Below, one piece after another: positions 28,650 to 38,143 of a stretch of DNA of 64,000 nt. This DNA comes from Deferribacterales bacterium (lineage in GTDB: Bacteria > Chrysiogenota > Deferribacteres > Deferribacterales > Geovibrionaceae). Location of the stretch: NCBI GenBank assembly GCA_050253335.1, contig JBFWJG010000006.1:1-64000 (forward strand), read 5' to 3'. Below the pieces are notes generated by a model. The model was not told the origin of the DNA, did not search any database, and saw only the letters and a list, made by a program, of their open reading frames with translations. Within the stretch, counting starts at the first letter, position 1. The number at the start of each line of letters is the position of its first letter. Position numbers and translations under genes: made by a program.

Positions 28650-29625
28650 CTCAAAAGACGATAACAGAAAAATAATACATGCTCCCTCCAAAGACCGCAG
28701 AACGAGGGTTCTATTCGTGCGTTTGAGCTCCCTTGGCGATGTTATACTCACCACCGGAGTGATTAAGCGCTTCAAAGAGCAGTTCCCTGATTATCTCTGC
28801 GATGTTTTCACTTCGTCCGCATTTACACCCGTTTTTGACGGTCTGGATTTTGTGAACCGTGTCATAGCCTTTGATAAAAAAGGCGGATTCAGGGGGTTCG
28901 CAAAAACCGTTCAGGAAGAGCTCAACGATTATGACTATGTTATAGACCTCCACGCAAATCTGCGCTCATTTCTGCTCAGGTTCATGGTGGACGCAAAATT
29001 TCTTAAATATCAGAAGGATTCCGCCGCGCGCAGAGCTTTTGTGAAAAGCAGGAAAAGAACAGAGAGATTAGGAATGCACGTGGTGAAAAAGTATGCTGAA
29101 GCGCTTAAACCGCTGAGTATGAAGGATTACTCAGTGGAGGAGCTCCGCCCCGTTCTGCATTCAGACAAAAGGGAAGAGGGCGGTATAGTCCTTAACCCCT
29201 TTGCCAGCAAACCCACCAAGCAGTGGGACAAGTTTCCTGAACTGGCGGAAAGGCTTGCGGGCATGGGACATCGGGTTACGGTCATAGGTCAGGGGGATTT
29301 CCCGCAGATTGACGGTGTAGCGAACCTTACGGGCAAAACCTCTTTACGGGAAATGATTGACGTTATCGCCTCCGCCTCCGTGCTGATAACCACCGACAGC
29401 GGGCCCATGCACGCTGGAGCCGCGCTGAATAAAAAGGTTATCGCCGTATTCGGCTCCACAACCGCGGACTTCGGCTTCGCGCCGGAGTTTGAGGGATGTT
29501 CCGTTGCTGAGGTCAAGGGGCTGGACTGCCGTCCGTGCCATGTCCACGGGCAGGAAAAATGTCCTCTGGGACATTTCCGCTGTATGCGCGATATAGCCGT
29601 TGATGATGTTTTAAAACTGCTCTGA
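28642..29625 (+). CDS. glycosyltransferase family 9 (heptosyltransferase-like)
   Basis: RLSSLGDVIL, TTDSGPMHAG, CRPCHVHG..CP.GHFRC. Confidence 0.88.
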   Translation: MNNSKDDNRKIIHAPSKDRRTRVLFVRLSSLGDVILTTGVIKRFKEQFPDYLCDVFTSSAFTPVFDGLDFVNRVIAFDKKGGFRGFAKTVQEELNDYDYVIDLHANLRSFLLRFMVDAKFLKYQKDSAARRAFVKSRKRTERLGMHVVKKYAEALKPLSMKDYSVEELRPVLHSDKREEGGIVLNPFASKPTKQWDKFPELAERLAGMGHRVTVIGQGDFPQIDGVANLTGKTSLREMIDVIASASVLITTDSGPMHAGAALNKKVIAVFGSTTADFGFAPEFEGCSVAEVKGLDCRPCHVHGQEKCPLGHFRCMRDIAVDDVLKLL

Positions 29626-29636
29626 GCCTGCTTTCG

Positions 29637-29665
29637 TTGACATTGACCGCGCTCATTGGTATATT
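29637..29665 (+). promoter_or_regulatory. sigma70 promoter of tkt
   Basis: TTGACA-17 nt-TATATT with extended TG. Confidence 0.7.
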
Positions 29666-29718
29666 CTTTTTCTCAAAATGTAATGAACATAGTTTTTATA
29701 AATTTCAGGGGTGTATAA

Positions 29719-31632
29719 ATGTCCGAGAAAGGCTTCACAGGCTCACTGAGCGAAGCGGAAATCAATGAACTCAAAACCGTCGCGACCCATTGCAGGGGCG
29801 ACATACTGAAAATGACCACAATCGCCGCCAGCGGCCATCCCGGCGGCTCCATGTCCTCCATTGACATGTACCTCACTGTGTACAAATACGCCAATATCAG
29901 CAAGGACAACTGCAAATCCTCCACAAGGGACAGGATCTTCGTTTCCCACGGGCACACTTCCCCCGGGGTTTACAGCACCCTTGCCAGAAACGGCTTTTTC
30001 CCCGTTCAGGATGCAATAGCATACTTCCGTCTCGCAGGCTCCATATACGAAGGGCACATTGAGCGCATGGTTCCCGGGGTTGAATGGTCAACGGGCAACC
30101 TCGGTCAGGGGCTTTCCGCCGCATGCGGAGCAGCAGTTGCGGGCAGGATGCGCGGCGAGGAGTTCGACATATACGTTTTCATGGGTGACGGCGAACAGCA
30201 GAAAGGCCAGATTCCCGAAGCGAGAAGGTTCGCCTCCAAATACGGCTACAATAACATAACAGCGTTCATAGACTACAACAAACTCCAGATAAGCGGCAAT
30301 ATAGCCTCTGTCATGCCTCAGAACATCAGAGGCGAGTTCGAGGCGGACGGCTGGCACGTTATCGAGATAGACGGACACAGCTACGCGCAGATATTCAACG
30401 CCGTTGCCGCATCCAAAAAGATAGAGAAACCTGTTCTCATACTCGCCAACACCATAATGAGCTTCGGTGTGAGCTTCATGGAGAACATAGCGGGCTACCA
30501 CGGGAAACCGCTCACGGAAGCTCAGCTTGCGGACGCTCTTGCCGAGCTCGGCATTGAGAACGATCTGGAAGAGCTCAAAGCAAAACGCGCGGCGTTCAAG
30601 TTCAGCCACGCTGAGCATGAGCTTGTTCAGGAACCTGCCAAAATCTTCACGGGAACTCCCAGAACATACGCCGTTACCGATAAAACAGACAACCGCTCCG
30701 CCTTCGGCGATGCTCTTCTTGACGTTGTGAAGGAAACCAAGGCTAACGGAGGCACACCCGTTGCCGTTTTCGACTGCGACCTTGCAGGTTCAGTGAAGAC
30801 TGACGGCGTTGAGAAACACTGCCCCGAAAACTTTGTTCAGGCAGGGATTCAGGAACACCACACGGCCACATGCGCAGGCGCGGCCAGCGTTAACGGTGTT
30901 GTGAGCTTCTTTGCTGATTTCGGTGTTTTCGGTGTTGATGAGGCATACAACCAGCAGAGGCTGAACGATATAAACGGCAGCAACCTCAAAGTTGCCACAA
31001 CTCACGTCGGGCTTGATGTGGGTGAAGACGGCAAAACCCACCAGTGCCTCGATTATGTGGGCGCAATGCGCAACATTTACGGCTTTAAGGTAATAGTCCC
31101 GGGAGACCCCAACCAGACAGACCGCGCTGTGAGATACGCAGCCGCAACTCAGGGGAACTTCCTAATAGCCATGGGACGCTCAAAAATACCCACAGTGGCA
31201 AAAGCGGACGGAACGCCCTTCTTCGCCGGAGATTATAAATTCGAGTACGGCAAAGCGGATGTGCTGACAGAAGGGGATGCCGCATTCGTAACCTACGGAG
31301 CCATGCTCCCCAGAGCGCTGAAAGTGGCTAAGCTTGCAGCGGAAAAGGGTGTTAAGCTCGCGGTAATCAACATGAGCTGCCCCCTTGAGCCTGACATGGA
31401 GCTTCTTAAAAAATATGCCTCAAAAACTGTTTTTGTTTATGAGGATCACAACGCAAACACGGGTCTTGGCTCAATCATCGGCGCTAAGGCGGCTGAGGAA
31501 GGGCTCGGACTCAAAGTGAAGACTTTCGGTGTTCGTTCATACGCCTACTCCGGCAATCCCGACGGCATACTCAAACTGCTGGGGCTTGACGAGGAAACCG
31601 TGGCATCTGACGTGGCAAGAATTTCCCGATAA
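29719..31632 (+). CDS. tkt: transketolase
   Basis: SGHPGGSMS, DRIFVSHGH, STGNLGQG, GDGE TPP motif, GEDGKTHQ. Confidence 0.95.
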   Translation: MSEKGFTGSLSEAEINELKTVATHCRGDILKMTTIAASGHPGGSMSSIDMYLTVYKYANISKDNCKSSTRDRIFVSHGHTSPGVYSTLARNGFFPVQDAIAYFRLAGSIYEGHIERMVPGVEWSTGNLGQGLSAACGAAVAGRMRGEEFDIYVFMGDGEQQKGQIPEARRFASKYGYNNITAFIDYNKLQISGNIASVMPQNIRGEFEADGWHVIEIDGHSYAQIFNAVAASKKIEKPVLILANTIMSFGVSFMENIAGYHGKPLTEAQLADALAELGIENDLEELKAKRAAFKFSHAEHELVQEPAKIFTGTPRTYAVTDKTDNRSAFGDALLDVVKETKANGGTPVAVFDCDLAGSVKTDGVEKHCPENFVQAGIQEHHTATCAGAASVNGVVSFFADFGVFGVDEAYNQQRLNDINGSNLKVATTHVGLDVGEDGKTHQCLDYVGAMRNIYGFKVIVPGDPNQTDRAVRYAAATQGNFLIAMGRSKIPTVAKADGTPFFAGDYKFEYGKADVLTEGDAAFVTYGAMLPRALKVAKLAAEKGVKLAVINMSCPLEPDMELLKKYASKTVFVYEDHNANTGLGSIIGAKAAEEGLGLKVKTFGVRSYAYSGNPDGILKLLGLDEETVASDVARISR

Positions 31633-31642
31633 ATAAAAGATT

Positions 31643-31673
31643 AAAAAGGAGCCTCTCTTGGGCTCCTTTTTTT
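31643..31673 (+). terminator. intrinsic terminator after tkt
   Basis: AAAAAGGAGCC-TCTCTTG-GGCTCCTTTTTTT. Confidence 0.85.
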
Positions 31674-31794
31674 GTCAACCAGTGTCCGAATATTCTATTG
31701 CATTTTTGTTGCGCAGATATAACTTAACCATAGCAAACAGCTGAATACAAATTTCTGTATTTTTTTCAATGTATTATCTATCAAGGGGAAAATA

Positions 31795-33810
31795 ATGAAC
31801 GTATCTTTCAGGATGAAAATTCTTGTCCCTGTCATTGCGGCGATCATAGGTTCATTTCTGATTACCGGAATCATCATCTACAGAGTTGTTTACGCAAAAA
31901 CGGAAGTAATCGCGAAGAATGATGTGCGTAACCTTTCAAGAAGCAACGGCAACATTTTCAAAGGCGAGGTGGAGAAAGCCATCTCAGTGGCAAGCTCCCT
32001 TGCCGCTTCGGCGGAAAGCTTCACCGCATCCGGCGTGAGCCGTGAAATAGTAATGGAGCATCTTGTGAAGGTTCTGGAGGATAATCCCAAGCTTTTTGAC
32101 GTTTGGATAGTCTGGGAACCGAACGAGTTTGACGGAAAAGATTCCGAACTCGCAGGCTCAGGCGCGGCGGGAACAAACGGAGAGGGGCAGTTCTGCCCGA
32201 TGCCCTACAGAAGCGGCGACGGGATAAGCAGAGCCCACACCACCTCAATGTATGACGCAGGCGCGGTGAGCGACTGGTATCAGAAGCCCCTCAAAAGCGG
32301 CAGTCTGTATATTGCGGAACCAGCCACATATGACTTTGAAGGGAAACAGCTTACCACAGTGACAATAAGCGTTCCTTTCGAGATTAACGGTCGCGTTGCG
32401 GGCGTTGCCGGCGGTGATATACTGTTGGACAGCCTCACAGAGATGCTGAAAGACATCAAGGTCTATGACACGGGCTACACTTTCCTTCTTTCTGACAAAT
32501 TCACAATGATCGCCCATCCTGTTAAGGAGCGAGTGGGCAAGCCTTCGGAAGTGGTTCAGCAGATTGCCCCTTACCTCAGTGAAGGGAAAGAGCACTTTGT
32601 GGAGAAAAAGAACGCCACCACAGGCAAAATGGCCTACACTCTCTACACTCCCATTCCCATAAGCGGAACGGACTACAGATTCGTTTTCGGCCTCAGTGTC
32701 CCCCTTGAGGAGATATACGGCGCGCTCAGCCATATAAAACTGACCATAGCTGTTGCGGCGTTTGCTGCGGTTCTCCTTGTTGCGGGCGTGATTTTCATTA
32801 TAGCCCAGAGACTTCTGCGTCAGCTCGGCGGGGAGCCGGAGCAGGTTGTGGAGACCATGCAGAAAATTGCAGACGGCGATTTCACAGCCGAACTGAAAGT
32901 TTCCCCGAAAGACACCACAAGCCTTACCCATTCCGTTCAGGACATGGTTAAGAGACTGAGCGATATGATAAACAACCTCACCCTTGTTGCGGAGGATCTG
33001 AAAACCTCAAGTTCCGACCTCTCAGCGGGAGCTCAGGAGCTTTCCGCCGGAATGAGCGAGCAGTCTGAACGCTCGGAGCTTATCTCCGCCGCCGCAAACG
33101 AAATGTCCGCCACCACAGGGGAGATAGCCCGCAACCTCAGCGATATTTCAAGCTTTGCCCATGTCACGGCGGAGAAGGCAGTTAACGGGAGGAAGGTTGT
33201 TGATGTTTCCCTCAGCGGAGTTGTTAAGATAAAAGACACAGTGGACAAGTCTTCCGTGCTTGTTCATTCCCTCGGCGAGAAATCTCAGGAGATCAAGGAT
33301 ATTGTCGGCGTGATAAGCGACATAGCAGACCAGACTAACCTTCTTGCCCTTAACGCGGCAATTGAGGCGGCAAGGGCAGGGGAGGCCGGCAGGGGCTTCG
33401 CTGTTGTTGCTGATGAGGTGCGCAAGCTGGCCGAACGCACGCAGAAGGCCACTTCGGAAATATCCGACCTTGTCATGGGAACCCAGACCGAGATGGACAA
33501 TGTTATCAAATCTATGGAAGGGGTAACAGGACAGGTGAATACGGGGGTTGAGTCCTCGAAACAGATAGCCGTAGTGCTCAAGGATATTGAAGAGGGCGTG
33601 TCTCAGCTTCAGTCCATGGTGGAAAACATCTCCTCCGCCACACAGCAGATGGCCGCCACCAGCGGACAGATCCAGCAGGATATAGACTCCGTTGCCGCTG
33701 TTTCCATTGAGGTCAAATCAACCTCCGATCATCTGGCGGAGAACGCTTCCGGACTAGAAAGCATTTCCGCGAGGCTCAGAGAAATGATGGGCGCATTCAG
33801 AATAAGATAA
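31795..33810 (+). CDS. methyl-accepting chemotaxis protein (dCache-type sensor, HAMP)
   Basis: Two TM helices, periplasmic WYQKP..EP..Y, signalling tip [40 protein letters not shown]. Confidence 0.97.
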   Translation: MNVSFRMKILVPVIAAIIGSFLITGIIIYRVVYAKTEVIAKNDVRNLSRSNGNIFKGEVEKAISVASSLAASAESFTASGVSREIVMEHLVKVLEDNPKLFDVWIVWEPNEFDGKDSELAGSGAAGTNGEGQFCPMPYRSGDGISRAHTTSMYDAGAVSDWYQKPLKSGSLYIAEPATYDFEGKQLTTVTISVPFEINGRVAGVAGGDILLDSLTEMLKDIKVYDTGYTFLLSDKFTMIAHPVKERVGKPSEVVQQIAPYLSEGKEHFVEKKNATTGKMAYTLYTPIPISGTDYRFVFGLSVPLEEIYGALSHIKLTIAVAAFAAVLLVAGVIFIIAQRLLRQLGGEPEQVVETMQKIADGDFTAELKVSPKDTTSLTHSVQDMVKRLSDMINNLTLVAEDLKTSSSDLSAGAQELSAGMSEQSERSELISAAANEMSATTGEIARNLSDISSFAHVTAEKAVNGRKVVDVSLSGVVKIKDTVDKSSVLVHSLGEKSQEIKDIVGVISDIADQTNLLALNAAIEAARAGEAGRGFAVVADEVRKLAERTQKATSEISDLVMGTQTEMDNVIKSMEGVTGQVNTGVESSKQIAVVLKDIEEGVSQLQSMVENISSATQQMAATSGQIQQDIDSVAAVSIEVKSTSDHLAENASGLESISARLREMMGAFRIR

Positions 33811-33816
33811 AAAACA

Positions 33817-33846
33817 GGGCGGAGCTTGGATGCTCCGCTTTTTTTT
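33817..33846 (+). terminator. intrinsic terminator after the MCP gene
   Basis: GCGGAGC-TTGGAT-GCTCCGC followed by a T run. Confidence 0.8.
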
Positions 33847-33917
33847 ACACTTATGTCCTTATCCCTTTTTTCAGGTGTATTATAAATCAGAAACAATTTC
33901 TTTGAGAGAGGTGCCGC

Positions 33918-34970
33918 ATGAGTCTGATGCGTACCGTTTTAGTTGTCATTTTCGCTTATGTCCTGTGTGTTTCCTGTGCAGAAAGGATCACGGTTATCAA
34001 TGCCAAAGTGCTTATGCCTGCTCAGGCGCACTCGGCTATTGACCTCAGAAAGCTCGCCGTGATGCCTATGGCGGGGGAGCAGGGCTACGCTTTTACCTCG
34101 GAAATCGAAACGGTTATTTCTTCCATAATTATCAATGACAAGCCATATTTTACCCTTGTGGACAGATCGGCTCTTGATAAGGTCATCAGCGAGATGCAGC
34201 TCAACGTGAGCGGGCTCGTTGAAAATGAGGTCGCAGCCAGTGTGGGAAGGCTGATCGGGGCAGACGGAATAATAATCGGCGCGGTAAACCAGAGAGGCAC
34301 TAACACCCAGCCTTACACGGAGAACAGGTACTATACCGAATGCGGCGCTTACAGCTATGTCACAGGACCTTACAACACCCAGATTCCTGTCTGCGTTAAC
34401 TGGATTCAGAAAAGCTACACTGTTCAGTGCTACCAGAAAAGCGCAATATTCTCATTTTCTGTCAAGCTGATCGAGGTTCAGACGGGAAGAGTTGTCTACG
34501 CCAATACCTACCCTTCCGCTAACTCTGATTCGGCCTGTGTTGACAGGCGCGCGGTGGAGAGCGATATCGCCCTTCTACGGAAGTCCGTGGAGGGAGCCAA
34601 AACTGCTTTCAGACAGGATATAGCCCCGTATTACGCCGTGATGAAGGTTAAGGTCATGGATGAAACCGACGGGATAAAAGAGTCCTCAGACAGAAAGAAG
34701 TTTGAGACCGCCCTTGAATACTCAAAATCCGGCAGGGTTGACAGAGCCTGTGAACTCTGGAGAGAGATCCCCCCGGGCGCCTCGTTCCCCCTTGCCTACA
34801 ACCTTGCGGCCTGTGCAGAGGTTTTCGGGGAGCTTGAAAAGGCACTGGATTTGTACAACAAAGCGGACAGGATTTTCGGCAAGCCGAACGCTGATATAAA
34901 CGCTTCACTCGTCAGAGTGCGCAAGCTTATCGAAGACAAGAAAAAACTGCAGACTCAGATAAAGAACTGA
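33918..34970 (+). CDS. CsgG/HfaB-like lipoprotein with C-terminal TPR
   Basis: Lipobox CVSC; FTLVDRSALDKVISE..VGRLIGADGIIIG..VKLIEVQTGRVV; TPR YNLAACAEVFG. Confidence 0.75.
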   Translation: MSLMRTVLVVIFAYVLCVSCAERITVINAKVLMPAQAHSAIDLRKLAVMPMAGEQGYAFTSEIETVISSIIINDKPYFTLVDRSALDKVISEMQLNVSGLVENEVAASVGRLIGADGIIIGAVNQRGTNTQPYTENRYYTECGAYSYVTGPYNTQIPVCVNWIQKSYTVQCYQKSAIFSFSVKLIEVQTGRVVYANTYPSANSDSACVDRRAVESDIALLRKSVEGAKTAFRQDIAPYYAVMKVKVMDETDGIKESSDRKKFETALEYSKSGRVDRACELWREIPPGASFPLAYNLAACAEVFGELEKALDLYNKADRIFGKPNADINASLVRVRKLIEDKKKLQTQIKN

Positions 34971-34994
34971 TAACATACGGACACTATACACCTT

Positions 34995-35040
34995 CGGGGG
35001 CGGGCGGCTGTCTTTTTCCGCCTGTTCCCGTGATTTTTTT
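34995..35040 (+). terminator. intrinsic terminator
   Basis: CGGGGGCGGGCGG...CCGCCTGTTCCCG followed by TGATTTTTTT. Confidence 0.6.
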
Positions 35041-35168
35041 ATTCAGCTTTTCCTCTCTTTTTGTTCATATGTTAAATATGCTGATATATAATATGTAGGC
35101 TAATCATATGTCAGTGTGAAGTGTTTCTATATTTGCACAGATAACGGAATATTATGCGGAGGTGTATT

Positions 35169-35657
35169 GTGAAAAATTTGAGAAGAACTTTTATTATTTT
35201 TTTCTGTACGGCTGTTATTGCTGCCTGCGGCGGCTCCGGCAGTTCCGGAAGCGGCGGGGAGAACGTTGAGCCTATTGCCGCACCATACACTGGTACATAC
35301 GAGTTTGACTCGCTGGTTATTTCTTCTGACAACGGAAGCATCGATTCTGAAGACTGCGTGCAGTTCAGAGCCGAGTTCAGCTACTCTCCGGAGCGTTCCA
35401 TAGGAAAGGTTCAGTGCGGCGTGGCGGCGGATGAGTCCAGATATTACTACATAGACAGCGCCGGTTCCGATGAATGGGTTTCGTGCGATGAGGTAGAATT
35501 CACGGTGACAGGGGACTACACAGCGGAGATTGTCTACTCCTGCACTGATTTTCTGAACGATGTTTATCAGGCAGCAGGGAGCATAACCAAAACCGGCAAC
35601 TCTTTCACGGTTCTGCCGGATACTGAGTACTGGGAAGATCCGGACGGACCCCGTTAG
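35169..35657 (+). CDS. hypothetical Cys-rich lipoprotein
   Basis: GTG after GGAGG; lipobox IAACGGSGSSGSGG. Confidence 0.75.
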   Translation: MKNLRRTFIIFFCTAVIAACGGSGSSGSGGENVEPIAAPYTGTYEFDSLVISSDNGSIDSEDCVQFRAEFSYSPERSIGKVQCGVAADESRYYYIDSAGSDEWVSCDEVEFTVTGDYTAEIVYSCTDFLNDVYQAAGSITKTGNSFTVLPDTEYWEDPDGPR

Positions 35658-35664
35658 TGTTGAT

Positions 35665-35692
35665 GCGGGGCGGTTAGCCCCGCGGCTTTTTA
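35665..35692. terminator. hairpin terminator between convergent genes
   Basis: GCGGGGC-GGTTA-GCCCCGC then GGCTTTTT. Confidence 0.65.
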
Positions 35693-35989
35693 TTTAATGA
35701 TGTCTTTGTCAAAAAGCAGATCGATTCTGGATTTGATGTATCTCGCGCATTCCTGAAAATCGTCTGATTCTGTATCAAGATCAGATTCAGTCATAAAAAG
35801 TTTGTACGGCGGGATGCCGAACAGGGAGGAGATTTTCTCAATCATTTCGGCAGAGGCAAAGCTTTTACCGGATTCCATCTTATAAATCTGCGTAGTGGAC
35901 ACATCAAGAAGCTCTGCCATGTGTTCCTGTGTAAACTCTCTGCTGTTTCTGTATTTTTTTAAATTATGTCCAAAAATTTCTTTAATCAT
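35690..35989 (-). CDS. XRE-family HTH transcriptional regulator
   Basis: FGHNLKKYR...TQEHMAELLDVSTTQIYKMESGK. Confidence 0.9.
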   Translation of the reverse strand: MIKEIFGHNLKKYRNSREFTQEHMAELLDVSTTQIYKMESGKSFASAEMIEKISSLFGIPPYKLFMTESDLDTESDDFQECARYIKSRIDLLFDKDIIK

Positions 35990-36328
35990 TCATGCCTCTA
36001 ATTACTATGTGCCATAATAAAAGTTATTTTTGTCTGGACAACTGAATCATATTCTTATATACGGTAATTAAAGTCAGTTAAACGTGTAAAGGTTTGTAGA
36101 ACAAGCGTTTAAGCGTTTGCTGGATGTTATCTGACGGCATTGGGATGCCATGGGGGACTGAAAAGTCCCCTTTTACTTTCATGATGATTCAGATGAAAAA
36201 GAAAAGCTTAAATTCTGCTTTAAAAAAGGACCGTTTAACGGTAAGTACGCCGTGCGCTCCCGGAACTCACTCCGGAACTGCGGCGCTGTATCTGCCTGAT
36301 TTATTGATGTGCTGAACCGGATTCCGGT

Positions 36329-37159
36329 CTATTCCTTAGGGTCAAGCACATCCCTCAAACCTTCGCCTACAAGATTATACCCCAGAACTGTTACAAAGAT
36401 AGCCATGCCCGGGAAAAAAGACAGCCACCACGCGAACATTATGTTGTCCTTCCCTGCTGTGAGTATGTTTCCCCATGAGGGAACCGGCGGCTGAACCCCG
36501 AGCCCGAGAAAGCTCAGAGCGGACTCAGTGAGGATAGCCCCCGCTATGCCCAGTGTGGCGGTGATGAAGATAGGCGTGAAAACATTGGGAAATATATGTT
36601 TGAAAAGAATTTTTGACGTATTCACCCCCTGAACCCTTGCCGCCGTGATGTAGTCTCTGGTGCGGACGCTCATGACCTCCGCCCTGACAAGCCTCGTCAC
36701 CCCCATCCAGCTTGTGAGGCCGATTACAGCCATTACGTTGAACACGGACGGGTTTAAAAAGGCTATTACTGCAAGTATAAGAAAGAAAGACGGAAAACAG
36801 AGCATTATATCCACAAAGCGCATTAGCAGTGTGTCGATAACTCCGCCGAAGTAGCCAGAAATAAGTCCCAGAACAGTGCCGATGATCACAGAGATCCCCA
36901 CCGCCACAAAGCCCACGAAAAGGGATATGCGGGTTCCGTAGACAACCCTGCTGAAAATATCGCGCCCAAGCTCGTCCGTGCCGAAGTAATACTCAGCCGA
37001 AGGGGGGAGCAGGACAGACTTGAAGTCAATGTGCGCAGGGTCGTGGGTGGCGATTAACGGCGCGAACACTGCCACAAGGACAAAGAACGCGACCACGGAC
37101 GCTCCCGTGAGGAACAGGATGTTCCCCCTTGCCTTGTCAATTACTCTTCTTCGAGCCAT
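36329..37159 (-). CDS. oppC: peptide ABC transporter permease (OppC/DppC)
   Basis: FGTDELGRDIFSR, ESALSFLGLG, PSWG, GEGLRD. Confidence 0.92.
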   Translation of the reverse strand: MARRRVIDKARGNILFLTGASVVAFFVLVAVFAPLIATHDPAHIDFKSVLLPPSAEYYFGTDELGRDIFSRVVYGTRISLFVGFVAVGISVIIGTVLGLISGYFGGVIDTLLMRFVDIMLCFPSFFLILAVIAFLNPSVFNVMAVIGLTSWMGVTRLVRAEVMSVRTRDYITAARVQGVNTSKILFKHIFPNVFTPIFITATLGIAGAILTESALSFLGLGVQPPVPSWGNILTAGKDNIMFAWWLSFFPGMAIFVTVLGYNLVGEGLRDVLDPKE

Positions 37160-38126
37160 ATCTGATCCTCGGATCCACTGCGGCGTATGCTATATCCGCA
37201 ATCAGGTTGCCAGCGAGAGTGAGCATTGCCCCTATCACAAGCACGCCCATCACAACGGGATAATCCCTCATCATTACAGACTGATAAAAAAGCTGCCCCA
37301 TTCCGGGGATGCTGAAAATCGATTCGAAAATCACGCTTCCGCCAATGAGGCCGGGCACGGAAAGACCGACTATGGTGACAACCGGCAGCAGCGCGTTTTT
37401 CAGGGCGTGGGTGAAAACAACTTTCCCCTCGCTTAAGCCCCTTGCCCGCGCAGCGGTTATGTATTCCTCCTTGAGGACATCAAGCATGCTGTTGCGGGCG
37501 AAGCGGCTTATGCCCGCCAGACCGCCGAAGACGGAGATAACCACAGGCATGAATGTATGTTTGAAGATGTCTGCTATTTTACCGAAGGCAGTGAGATAGT
37601 CATAATTAAATGAGCGTAGTCCGGAGATGGGGAACCATCCTCTCACCACGCCGAAGTAATACATGCAGAGAAGAGCCAGCCAGAAGGTCGGCATCGCGAA
37701 CCCCGCAAAAACGAAGACAGTTATCCCCTTGTCGAAGATGCTGTCTTTATAATATGCGGAAAGCACCCCGAGGGGCAGGGCAAAAATGAAGATCAGCACC
37801 ATCCCCGCCACGTTAAGCCAGATGGTCACAGGCAGGCGCTCTTTTATTTTTTCCATGACGCTTTTGCCGTCCTGACTGAAGGAATCGCCGAAGTCAAGTC
37901 TGGCGAGTTTGCCCAGCCAGCTGACATAGCGCTCCATCACCGGCTTGTCCAGATCATACATCTTGACGAACTTCTGGTAGGCGGTTTCCGAGAGTTTGGG
38001 GTTCATGGACGCGATAAACTGCGCCGGATCTCCCGGCGCGAGGTGTATCACTACGAAACTTATGAATGTTATCCCGAGGAGAAGAGGTATCATCCCCGCG
38101 AGGCGTTTTGCGATGTATCGGAGCAT
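37137..38126 (-). CDS. oppB: peptide ABC transporter permease (OppB/DppB)
   Basis: LAPGDP, DFGDS, EYITAARARG, HALKNALLP, RDYPVVMG, DPRIR. Confidence 0.92.
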   Translation of the reverse strand: MLRYIAKRLAGMIPLLLGITFISFVVIHLAPGDPAQFIASMNPKLSETAYQKFVKMYDLDKPVMERYVSWLGKLARLDFGDSFSQDGKSVMEKIKERLPVTIWLNVAGMVLIFIFALPLGVLSAYYKDSIFDKGITVFVFAGFAMPTFWLALLCMYYFGVVRGWFPISGLRSFNYDYLTAFGKIADIFKHTFMPVVISVFGGLAGISRFARNSMLDVLKEEYITAARARGLSEGKVVFTHALKNALLPVVTIVGLSVPGLIGGSVIFESIFSIPGMGQLFYQSVMMRDYPVVMGVLVIGAMLTLAGNLIADIAYAAVDPRIRYGSKKSN

Positions 38127-38143
38127 GTTCACCGATTCAGGGT

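Noticed and set aside
36124..36315. 63-aa ORF divergent from the XRE gene
   Set aside because: No SD, crosses a terminator-like hairpin and shows no recognisable motif.
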